In this document: positions 26,862-35,536 of the stretch, piece by piece | Numbering within the stretch: the stretch's first letter is position 1 | How the letters are laid out: each line of letters opens with the position of its first letter | NCBI GenBank assembly: GCA_039588295.1 | Contig: JBDHAB010000006.1 | Span: 128,001 to 192,000 of the forward strand | DNA from: Gemmatimonadota bacterium | GTDB lineage: Bacteria > Gemmatimonadota > Gemmatimonadetes > Gemmatimonadales > GWC2-71-9 | Length of the DNA: 64,000 bases | Direction of reading: 5' to 3' | Notes under the pieces: model-generated | What the model saw: the letters and a program-made list of their open reading frames with translations, nothing else | The model's database searches: none | Told to the model about the DNA's origin: nothing | Program-made: the position numbers and the translations under genes

Positions 26862-29150
26862 ATGGTCGACTGGCTGTTTGTTGCGTTGTTCAAGTATCGT
26901 CTCGTCGTGTTCGAGCGGGGCGATCTGGTGTTCGACGCTCCGTGGCCGCTCGCCGTGGTGCTTCTCGCGGGTGCGGCCGTTGCGGTGCCCGCGACCGTCA
27001 TCTATGCGCGGACACACGGGCGGCTCGAGCGGCGGGACCGCGTGATACTCGCCGGGCTTCGTCTCGGGGCGATCGCGGTGCTCGTGTTCTGCTTGGCCCG
27101 ACCCATGCTGGTGATTGCCACCGTCGTCCCGCAACAGAACTTCCTCGGCATTCTCGTCGACGACTCCCGTAGCATGCGGATCCCGGATCAGTCCGGTGCA
27201 CCGCGCGGCAACTACGTCGGCGCCCAGTTCAGCCCGGACGGAAGCGAACTGTTGTCCGGTCTTTCGGAGCGCTTCAAGCTTCGGTTCTTTCGGTTTGCCG
27301 AGCACATTGAGCGGGTGGACGATGTGGGCGCGTTGGGCTACGCGGGCCGGCGAACGGATCTCGGACAGGCGCTTCATTCTGCACGGCGTGAGCTGGCGGG
27401 GGTGCCGCTCGCGGGTCTCGTCGTGCTCACCGACGGCGCCGACAACTCGGGGACGCCCCTCACCGAAACCCTACTGCAACTCAAGGCTGCCGGCGTACCC
27501 GTTCACACTGTGGGCCTGGGGTCGGAACGGTTCGAGAAGGACATCGCGCTACGGCGCGTTGCCCCGCCGCGAGCGGTACTGCGGGGCTCCTCCGTGTCGG
27601 TCGACGTGACCGTGACGCAGAGTGGATTCGGACGGGAAACCGTCCGACTGACGGTTGAGGATGCCGGTCGGATCCTCAGCTCCCAGGATGTGCGGCTCCC
27701 CGCCGGTGACGAGCCGGTGACGGTGCCGGTCCACTTCACGGCAGAGGAGTCCGGACCTCGAGTGTTCCGCTTCCGCATCGAACCGCACGAAGACGAGATC
27801 GTGACGGAGAACAACACGTTGGAGGCTCTCATCGTCGTGGAGGATGACCGCAGGAAGATCCTCTACTTTGAGGGAGAACCCCGGTTCGAGGTCAAGTTCC
27901 TGCGACGTGCCATCGCGGAAGACGAGAACCTCCACGTGGTTGTATTACAGCGCACCGCGGAGAACAAGTTCTACCGTCTCGACGTCGACGATCCGGATGA
28001 GCTGGAGGGCGGGTTCCCGGACACTCGTGAGGAGCTGTTCGCGTACGATGGCCTGATCCTCGGCAGCGTTGAGGCGAGCTTCTTCACGCTGGACCAGCTT
28101 CGGATGATCGGGGAGTTCGCGAGCCAGCGTGGGGGCGCGCTCCTCACGCTGGGTGGACGGCACGCGTTCGTGGAAGGCGGGTACGCCGGTACCCCCCTCG
28201 CGGAGGCGCTTCCCGTCGTGCTTCAGCAAGACGCGGCGAACGAACACCGGTTCTTTGCGGAGGTGAAGGTCGAGCTCACTCCGTTTGGGCGCTCCCACCC
28301 AGTCACCCAACTGGCAGCTTCGGCGGACGAGTCGGAAGCGAGGTGGAAGGAGCTGCCGCCGCTGTCGACTCTCAACCCATTGGGCGAGGTCAAGCCGGGT
28401 GCCAGTACACTGCTCTTGGGTCGTACAGAGGATGCCACCGATTCGTATGTCGTGCTCGCGTATCAGCGCTACGGCCGTGGAAAGGTGGTGGCGTTCCCGG
28501 TGCAGGACTCGTGGCAGTGGCAGATGCATGCAGACGTACCGCTCGACGATCTGACGCACGAGACGTTCTGGCGGCAGTTGCTGCGGTGGCTCGTGAGCGA
28601 CGTGACGGACCACGTGCGCGCGCTGACCTCCGCGGACCGGACGGAGCGTGGGATTCCGGTAACGGTGACAGCCGAGGTGACGGATTCCGGTTACGTCCGC
28701 GTGAACGGTGCCGAAGTATTTGCGACGGTCACGGCCCCCAGTGGAGACGTGCGGCGGGTTCCAATGGAGTGGACGGTGGAGCGAGACGGTGAGTATCGAA
28801 CCGAGTTCGCACCTGAGGAAGACGGACTCTACGAGATCAGCGTGCAAGCGGAGCAGGAGGGAACGTCATTCGGCCAGGCTCGATCGTTTGTGCAGGTGGG
28901 GGACATGCACGCCGAGTTCTTCGACGCGGAGATGCAAGCGGGACTGCTCCAGCGGGTTGCCGAGGAGACCGGTGGACACTTCTATACGCCGGCTACCGTG
29001 GGATCCTTGCCGGAGGATGTGAGTTTTACGGAGAGTGGCACGACGGTGCACGAAGAGCGGGATCTCTGGGATATGCCGGTGCTTCTGATTCTGCTGCTCG
29101 GTCTGTTCGGGGCGGAATGGGGTTATCGCCGCACCAGAGGGCTGGCATGA
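26862..29150 (+). CDS. Membrane-anchored vWA plus glutamine-amidotransferase-like domain protein
   Basis: MIDAS VDDSRSM and LTDG, KILYFEGEPRFE, G.GKV, C-terminal transmembrane helix ending EW..RR..GLA. Confidence 0.8.
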   Translation: MVDWLFVALFKYRLVVFERGDLVFDAPWPLAVVLLAGAAVAVPATVIYARTHGRLERRDRVILAGLRLGAIAVLVFCLARPMLVIATVVPQQNFLGILVDDSRSMRIPDQSGAPRGNYVGAQFSPDGSELLSGLSERFKLRFFRFAEHIERVDDVGALGYAGRRTDLGQALHSARRELAGVPLAGLVVLTDGADNSGTPLTETLLQLKAAGVPVHTVGLGSERFEKDIALRRVAPPRAVLRGSSVSVDVTVTQSGFGRETVRLTVEDAGRILSSQDVRLPAGDEPVTVPVHFTAEESGPRVFRFRIEPHEDEIVTENNTLEALIVVEDDRRKILYFEGEPRFEVKFLRRAIAEDENLHVVVLQRTAENKFYRLDVDDPDELEGGFPDTREELFAYDGLILGSVEASFFTLDQLRMIGEFASQRGGALLTLGGRHAFVEGGYAGTPLAEALPVVLQQDAANEHRFFAEVKVELTPFGRSHPVTQLAASADESEARWKELPPLSTLNPLGEVKPGASTLLLGRTEDATDSYVVLAYQRYGRGKVVAFPVQDSWQWQMHADVPLDDLTHETFWRQLLRWLVSDVTDHVRALTSADRTERGIPVTVTAEVTDSGYVRVNGAEVFATVTAPSGDVRRVPMEWTVERDGEYRTEFAPEEDGLYEISVQAEQEGTSFGQARSFVQVGDMHAEFFDAEMQAGLLQRVAEETGGHFYTPATVGSLPEDVSFTESGTTVHEERDLWDMPVLLILLLGLFGAEWGYRRTRGLA

Positions 29151-30145
29151 CCCGGTCTCTCGGGATCGCGGCGCTCCTCCTGATCGCCCTGGTGCTGGTA
29201 CCACGCGCTGTGGCGCAGACCTATCTGGTCGTTGTTGGAGGAATCGGCGGCGAGCCACGCTACTCCCGTGCGTTTGACGAGTGGTGCACGACCCTCGTCG
29301 CAGCAGCCGGCGAGCGGCTGGGCGTACCGCAGGGGCAGATCGTCTATCTAGCAGCGGCGCCTGCCGGACCGCCGGCCACCGATACGTCGACCAAGGCGAA
29401 TGTGGAATCCGTGCTGACTGCCCTCGCGGGGCGGGCGGAAGCGGATGCGAGCGTGTTCATCGTGCTCGTCGGTCACGGAAGCGCAGTGGGTGGGGCCTCG
29501 CGCTTTCATCTTCCGGGTCCCGACATCACCGCGCAGAACTTCGCTGCGTTGCTCGACGGGTTTCCCACGCAGCAAGTCGTCTTCGTGGCGCTGTCGAGTG
29601 CGAGCGGCGGCTTCGTTCAAGCGCTTTCAGGTGAACGGCGCACCATCATTACGGCGACGAGGTCCGGCTTCGAGCGCAATGAGACCGTGTTTCCCGAGTA
29701 CTTCGTCGAAGCGTTCGCCGCAACGGGGGCGGACACGGACAAGGACGAGCGGGTCTCGGTGCTCGAAGCATTCAACTATGCTCGTCGTGAGGTGCGTCGA
29801 TCGTACGAGAGCAACGGGCAGCTCCTGACCGAACATGCGTTGCTGGACGACAACGGCGACCGCGAAGGGAGTACGGAGCCGGACGCACAGGCGGGCGACG
29901 GGGCAGTGGCGAGTCAACTGTTCTTGCTCGGGACCCCTCGTGTGGCTGCGGCCACCGTTCCCGGGGACTCGGCATTGGTTCCGCTCTATGAAGAGCGAAC
30001 ACGGCTCGAACGGGCAGTCGCCGAATTGCGAACACGGAAGGAGCGAATGACGTCGGAGGCATACGAACGGGAACTCGAACGGCTGCTGCTCGCGCTGGCC
30101 CGAGTAAGCCGTGCCATCCGCGAGCGCGAGGGAGGGCCACGGTGA
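29147..30145 (+). CDS. Exported protein with caspase/legumain-like (clan CD) motifs, Cys position occupied by Ser
   Basis: Signal peptide, VFIVLVGHGS, ALSSASGGF, DTDKDERVSVLEAF, C-terminal coiled coil. Confidence 0.55.
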   Translation: MTRSLGIAALLLIALVLVPRAVAQTYLVVVGGIGGEPRYSRAFDEWCTTLVAAAGERLGVPQGQIVYLAAAPAGPPATDTSTKANVESVLTALAGRAEADASVFIVLVGHGSAVGGASRFHLPGPDITAQNFAALLDGFPTQQVVFVALSSASGGFVQALSGERRTIITATRSGFERNETVFPEYFVEAFAATGADTDKDERVSVLEAFNYARREVRRSYESNGQLLTEHALLDDNGDREGSTEPDAQAGDGAVASQLFLLGTPRVAAATVPGDSALVPLYEERTRLERAVAELRTRKERMTSEAYERELERLLLALARVSRAIREREGGPR

Positions 30146-32799
30146 AGACCACCCGGGCACGCTCGACACTCGCCCTGGCTTGCATCGCGGCGCTCACGGC
30201 AATGGTGGCCCAGCCGGCGGGAGCGCAAAACGACCTTGCGGCGGCCCGCGCTGCGTATCTCGCCGGTCGCTACGACGACGCAATCGCGCGATTCTCACGG
30301 CTTGCGGAACGCCAACCCGAGGCTGCGGTCTCGGTGCGCGGACTCGTTCAGACGCTGACGGAAGTCGGGCGATACGACCGGGCTACGAGGGTGGCGCGCC
30401 GCTTCGTCGAGCAAAACCCGACCTCGTCGGAGCTGTGGAACGCGCTAGGTGAAACGCTGGTGCTGCAAGGACGCCGCGAGGACGCCGAAGCAGCGTTTGC
30501 CAAGGCCGTTGCGGGTGGTGCCTCCGACAGCCTGACGGCGCGCCTCAACCTCGCGGTGCTACGATACCGGCAAGGGGATGTCGCTCGGGCCCTTCGGCAG
30601 TTCGACTCCTTCATCGACGTCTACAATCGCAGCACCGAGCTCACCTCGACACAACTGACCGCCGTGGCCACGGCGGTTCGGTACCTCGGTGTTGCCGATT
30701 GGCAGCTCTACGAGGATGCCTTGCGCGCGTACGACGAGGCGAGTGCCGCCGACCGCGACAACTTCGACGCGCAGCTATTGGTTGGCGACCTGTTCCTCGA
30801 GAAGTACGAGGGCACCGAGGCGCGACAGACGTTCGACGCGATCCTCGCGAGGAACCCGCAGCACCCGCGGGCCCTGCTTGGCCTGGCACGTACGCGTCGC
30901 TTTGCGGGCGGATCCGAGGCGATGGCGCTGGTCGAACGAAGTCTCGAGGTCAACCCGAGCCTCGTGCCGGCCCGGGTATTTCGTGCGTCCCTGCTGATCG
31001 AGGTCGATGCGTATGACGAGGCAGCGCAGGAGATCGATCGTGCGCTCGCGGTCGATCCCACATCACTCGAGGCCCTAGCGGTCCTCGGCGCCATCGAGTT
31101 TCTGCGCGGCGACGCCGAAGGGTTCTGGGAGACCCGTCGTCGGGCACTGGCGCTCAACCCGCGCTTTGCGGAGTTCTACAATACCTTGGCGGAGCTGAGT
31201 GCCCGGAACCGGTTGTACCACGAGGCAGTGCGACTCGCGTCGCAGGCCGTCGGAATGGACTCAACGTCGTGGCGCGGATTCGGCCTGCTCGGAATTAATC
31301 AGCTCCGTATCGGCTCGATGCGGGACGGTCGCGCCAACCTCGAGACGGCGTTTCGGGGAAACCCGTACGACGCATGGACGAAGAATACCCTCGACCTTCT
31401 CGACACGCTCGAGCAGTACGAGGAGCGCGCCACTCGCCGGTTTCGACTCGTCATCGACGCGAAGGAGGCGGATCTGCTCTCGTTGTACGCCGGGGAGCTC
31501 GCGGAGGATGCCTACGAGCGGCTGGCAGCCCGCTACGACTATTCACCGCCGGCCCCGGTTCGCATCGAGATCTATCCGCACCATGCGGACTTCTCGGTAC
31601 GCACGGTCGGGCTCGTGGGACTCGGGGCCCTGGGGGTGAGCTTCGGCCCCGTGGTAGCCATGGACTCACCGTCGGCGCGGCCTGCCGGGTCGTTTCACTG
31701 GGGATCCACGCTGTGGCATGAAATCGCGCACACGTTTCACCTGGGGATGAGCAATCACAAAGTCCCCCGGTGGTTCACGGAAGGGCTTGCCGTGTTCGAG
31801 GAGCGGCGCGCCAGAACGGGGTGGGGTGACAATGTCACCCCCGGCTTTCTCGTGGCGTACCGGGACGGGCGCCTGTTGCCGGTGAGCGAGCTGAACAACG
31901 GCTTCATGCGTCCGGCCTATCCGGAGCAGCTCGGGTTCTCGTACTACGAGGCGTCCCTGGTCTGTGAGTTGATTGAGCGGGACCACGGCCCGGACGCACT
32001 GCGGCGCATGCTGCTCGCATATCGTGATGGGCAGAGCACGGATCAGGTGTTCCGCTCGGTGATCGCCACCCGACTGGACGACTTCGACGACCACTTCGAC
32101 CGCTATCTCCGCGAGCGATTCGGCGATGCGATCGCCGCACTTCGCTCCGCAGCGTCGGTCGACGAACATGGCACTGCGTCGCGGCCGAACATCGCGCGCG
32201 GAGCATCGGGCAATCCGGATGATTACGTTGCGCAGCTGTCCATGGGACGGTCATTGCTCGACCAGGGTCGTGCGAGTGAGGCGGTGCCATTTCTCGAGCG
32301 GGCGAAGGAGTTGTTTCCGGAGTACGCGGGGCCGGCCGCTCCGTACTGGCTGCTGGCCGCGGCGTATCGCACGCTGGGGAACACACAGCGCGCCGTCAGC
32401 GAGCTCCGCACGCTCACCGAGATCAACGCGGGACACTACGAGGCGCATCTCGCGCTCGCCGAGTTGCTCGAAGCTGCGGGAGATCACCGTGGGGCCGCGG
32501 GGGTCTTGGATCGTGCGCAATATGTTTACCCGCTGGACATGGGTGTCCACCGCCGGCTCGCGGCGCTCGTGGCGGAGACCGGAGATTGGGGCCTGGCCAT
32601 TCGAGAGCGTCGCGCAGTGTTGGCGTTAGGGCCGGTCGACCAGGCGGACGCGTGGTATCAGCTGGCTCGGGCATACCTAGGTGGGGGCGATCGAGCCGGT
32701 GCACGGCGGGCGGTGCTGCGCGCGCTCGAGATCGCGCCTGGCTTTGCGGATGCACAAGACCTACTGCTGGAGCTGCACGATGTGCCGAAGAACGAATAG
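30142..32799 (+). CDS. Exported TPR protein with central gluzincin (peptidase MA-like) domain
   Basis: Signal peptide, TPR repeats on both sides of WHEIAH...PRWFTEGLA. Confidence 0.85.
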   Translation: MKTTRARSTLALACIAALTAMVAQPAGAQNDLAAARAAYLAGRYDDAIARFSRLAERQPEAAVSVRGLVQTLTEVGRYDRATRVARRFVEQNPTSSELWNALGETLVLQGRREDAEAAFAKAVAGGASDSLTARLNLAVLRYRQGDVARALRQFDSFIDVYNRSTELTSTQLTAVATAVRYLGVADWQLYEDALRAYDEASAADRDNFDAQLLVGDLFLEKYEGTEARQTFDAILARNPQHPRALLGLARTRRFAGGSEAMALVERSLEVNPSLVPARVFRASLLIEVDAYDEAAQEIDRALAVDPTSLEALAVLGAIEFLRGDAEGFWETRRRALALNPRFAEFYNTLAELSARNRLYHEAVRLASQAVGMDSTSWRGFGLLGINQLRIGSMRDGRANLETAFRGNPYDAWTKNTLDLLDTLEQYEERATRRFRLVIDAKEADLLSLYAGELAEDAYERLAARYDYSPPAPVRIEIYPHHADFSVRTVGLVGLGALGVSFGPVVAMDSPSARPAGSFHWGSTLWHEIAHTFHLGMSNHKVPRWFTEGLAVFEERRARTGWGDNVTPGFLVAYRDGRLLPVSELNNGFMRPAYPEQLGFSYYEASLVCELIERDHGPDALRRMLLAYRDGQSTDQVFRSVIATRLDDFDDHFDRYLRERFGDAIAALRSAASVDEHGTASRPNIARGASGNPDDYVAQLSMGRSLLDQGRASEAVPFLERAKELFPEYAGPAAPYWLLAAAYRTLGNTQRAVSELRTLTEINAGHYEAHLALAELLEAAGDHRGAAGVLDRAQYVYPLDMGVHRRLAALVAETGDWGLAIRERRAVLALGPVDQADAWYQLARAYLGGGDRAGARRAVLRALEIAPGFADAQDLLLELHDVPKNE

Positions 32800-33607
32800 C
32801 GGCGTCACCTTCGCCGGTCTGATGCTCGCCCTGGCTGTCGTCGGACTGGGGGTGGTCCCACTCGAGGCACAGCGACGACCGCGTACATTCGTCCAGCCAC
32901 AGGCCGAAGCGGGTGACTTCTCGGCTTTCAACATCGCGTACGACGGCCGATTCACGTTCGTGCGCTTGCGTTTCACCCCTTCGTACTCCGGGTGGGGTCG
33001 GGGCGGTGGCACCTTCGGTGGTGTCGACTATCAGTGGGACCACGACTACCCCCGCGCGGAGCGGCATTTGACGAAGATCCTGAGTGAGCTGACCTCGATC
33101 GATCCAAGGCAGGACAGCAGCAACATCCTGGCGCTGGATGATCCGGAGCTGTTCAAGTACCCGGTGGCGTACATGTCGGAGCCCGGATACTGGACGTTGA
33201 CGGACGCGGAGGTGGAGGGGTTCCGCGCCTATCTGCTCAAAGGCGGCTTCGTCATCTTCGACGATTTCCGGGAAGGTCAGTGGGCCAACTTCGCGATGCA
33301 GATGCGCCGGGTGCTGCCGGACCATCGACTGGTCCAGCTCGACGCGTCCCATCCGATCTTTCACTCCTTCTTCGAGATCGAGACGCTGGAGCAGTTTGTT
33401 CATCCATATGCGTTCTACCTCCAGTCCTCGTTCTTCGGGATCTTCGAGGACAACGATCCCAAGAAGCGATTGATGGTGATTGCCAACTACGACAACGACG
33501 TCGGCGAATCCTGGGAATACTCCGACACTGGATTCATTCCCATCGATCTCACGAACGAAGCCTACAAGCTCGGCATCAACTACATCGTGTACGCGATGAC
33601 CCACTAA
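32780..33607 (+). CDS. DUF4159 domain protein (second copy)
   Basis: WDHDYPRAE, YLLKGGFVIFDDF, HPIFHSFF.I, G.NYIVYAMTH. Confidence 0.8.
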   Translation: MCRRTNSGVTFAGLMLALAVVGLGVVPLEAQRRPRTFVQPQAEAGDFSAFNIAYDGRFTFVRLRFTPSYSGWGRGGGTFGGVDYQWDHDYPRAERHLTKILSELTSIDPRQDSSNILALDDPELFKYPVAYMSEPGYWTLTDAEVEGFRAYLLKGGFVIFDDFREGQWANFAMQMRRVLPDHRLVQLDASHPIFHSFFEIETLEQFVHPYAFYLQSSFFGIFEDNDPKKRLMVIANYDNDVGESWEYSDTGFIPIDLTNEAYKLGINYIVYAMTH

Positions 33608-33617
33608 TCGGAGTATC

Positions 33618-34646
33618 ATGACGACCCAAGAAGTTGCGCTCGAAACGGCCGACGACATCGATCTTGCAGACCGCCTCACGGCTGGTCGGCAGCGGATTCT
33701 CGAGGAGCTGCACAAGCTCATCGTCGGGCAGGAGGCTGTGGTTGATGAGGTCCTGCTGTCGTTGTTCGTCGGCGGCAACAGTCTCATCGTCGGCGTGCCT
33801 GGGCTGGCAAAGACGTTGTTGATTCACACCGTGGCTCAGGTGCTGGATCTCAAATTCTCGCGCATCCAGTTCACCCCGGACCTGATGCCGTCGGATATCA
33901 CGGGCACGGATCTGGTTCAGGAGGATCCCGAGACGGGTCAGCGGCGGATGATCTTCATGCCTGGCCCCATCTTCGCCAACATCGTGCTCGCGGACGAGAT
34001 CAATCGCACGCCGCCCAAGACGCAGGCGGCGCTGCTGGAGGCAATGCAGGAGCATCGTGTGACCGTTCAAGGTCGGACGTACGATCTCGATCCGCCGTTC
34101 TTCGTGTTCGCGACGCAAAATCCGATCGAGCTCGAGGGCACCTACCCGCTTCCAGAGGCGCAGCTCGATCGGTTCATGTTCAACATCGTGATCGACTACT
34201 CGCCGGAGGACGAAGAACTCGAAGTGGTCCGCAGTACCACACGGCCACAGGATCACCGGTTCCGGCACGCCATTACCGGCCGAGACATCGTGGCGTTTCA
34301 GGACCTGGTGCGCCGGGTTCCCGTCTCGGATGCCGTCCTGCGTTATACGGTGAGCCTTGTACGCACGAGCCGGCCGAGCGCGAACGGGACGCCGGACTTC
34401 ATCCGGAAGTGGGTCGAGTACGGCGCCAGTGTACGAGCGGCGCAGTATCTGATTCTCGGGGCCAAGGCGCGCGCGCTAGTGCACGGTCGGTATCACGTGA
34501 CGTTCGATGACGTGCGGGCGCTGGCTCATCCAGTAATGCGCCATCGGATTCTCAAGAACTTCCACGCCGAGTCGGAGCGCATCACGACCGATCAACTGAT
34601 CGATCAATTGCTGGATGCGGTCCCGACGCCGAAGTCCGGAATGTGA
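33618..34646 (+). CDS. moxR: MoxR family AAA+ ATPase
   Basis: GVPGLAKT, RIQFTPDLMPSDITG, LADEINR, ATQNPIE, YPLPEAQLDRF. Confidence 0.95.
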   Translation: MTTQEVALETADDIDLADRLTAGRQRILEELHKLIVGQEAVVDEVLLSLFVGGNSLIVGVPGLAKTLLIHTVAQVLDLKFSRIQFTPDLMPSDITGTDLVQEDPETGQRRMIFMPGPIFANIVLADEINRTPPKTQAALLEAMQEHRVTVQGRTYDLDPPFFVFATQNPIELEGTYPLPEAQLDRFMFNIVIDYSPEDEELEVVRSTTRPQDHRFRHAITGRDIVAFQDLVRRVPVSDAVLRYTVSLVRTSRPSANGTPDFIRKWVEYGASVRAAQYLILGAKARALVHGRYHVTFDDVRALAHPVMRHRILKNFHAESERITTDQLIDQLLDAVPTPKSGM

Positions 34647-35536
34647 CGGCGTCGCGCTTTCTCGACTCTGACGTCTTGGCCAGGATCGGCAGTCTCGAGC
34701 TCCTGGCCCGCACGGTGGTGGATGGGTTCATCAACGGCCTCCACCATTCCCCGTACTTCGGACTCTCGGTCGATTTCGCGGAGCACCGACCCTACATGCC
34801 GGGTGATGACATTCGGCGCGTGGATTGGCGCTTGTTCGGCCGCACGGACCGGTTCTACGTGAAGGAGTTCGAAGCCGACACAAACGCGAACTTCGCAGTG
34901 CTGTTCGACGTGTCGGGCTCGATGCAGTATGGAAGTGGCGCCATCACAAAGCTGGACTACGGTCGCTACCTCGCGGCGTGTCTCACGTATTTCTCCCGTC
35001 GCCAGCGCGACCGTGTCGGCATCGTCACGTTCGATTCGGACATCGTGGAGTTCGTACCGACGTCGGCGAAGCATTTGAACATCGTGCTCCACACGATCGA
35101 CCGCATCGAGGCCGGTGGGCCGGGAGAGATCGAGGGGCCCCTGCTCAAGGTCACCGAGAGCATTCGGCGCCGCAGTATCCTGGCGCTCATCTCGGATCTG
35201 TACGACGAGCCGGAGACCATTCTTCGCGCCGTGAACCGCCTCCGTCACAAAGGCAACGATGTGATCGTGTTCCACGTCCTGGATCCGGCGGAGATCGCCT
35301 TCCCGTTCGATGAGGCGGCGCAGTTTGAGGACCTCGAGAGCCGGGAGCGGATTCCAGTGGTACCGGAGACGCTGCGCGGCGAGTACCAGGCGCTGCTGAC
35401 CGAGCACCTGGCGACGCTGACGGATCGGATGGGGCGGGATCAGGTCGACTACTATCTCGTTGATACGTCGAAGCCGCTCGACCACGCGCTCTTCGCCTAC
35501 CTGTCCCGCCGCGAGCGGTTGAGCCGGGTGCGATAG
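34643..35536 (+). CDS. DUF58 (vWA-like) MoxR partner
   Basis: FAEHRPYMPGDDIRRVDW, DVSGSM, ISDL. Confidence 0.92.
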   Translation: MTASRFLDSDVLARIGSLELLARTVVDGFINGLHHSPYFGLSVDFAEHRPYMPGDDIRRVDWRLFGRTDRFYVKEFEADTNANFAVLFDVSGSMQYGSGAITKLDYGRYLAACLTYFSRRQRDRVGIVTFDSDIVEFVPTSAKHLNIVLHTIDRIEAGGPGEIEGPLLKVTESIRRRSILALISDLYDEPETILRAVNRLRHKGNDVIVFHVLDPAEIAFPFDEAAQFEDLESRERIPVVPETLRGEYQALLTEHLATLTDRMGRDQVDYYLVDTSKPLDHALFAYLSRRERLSRVR

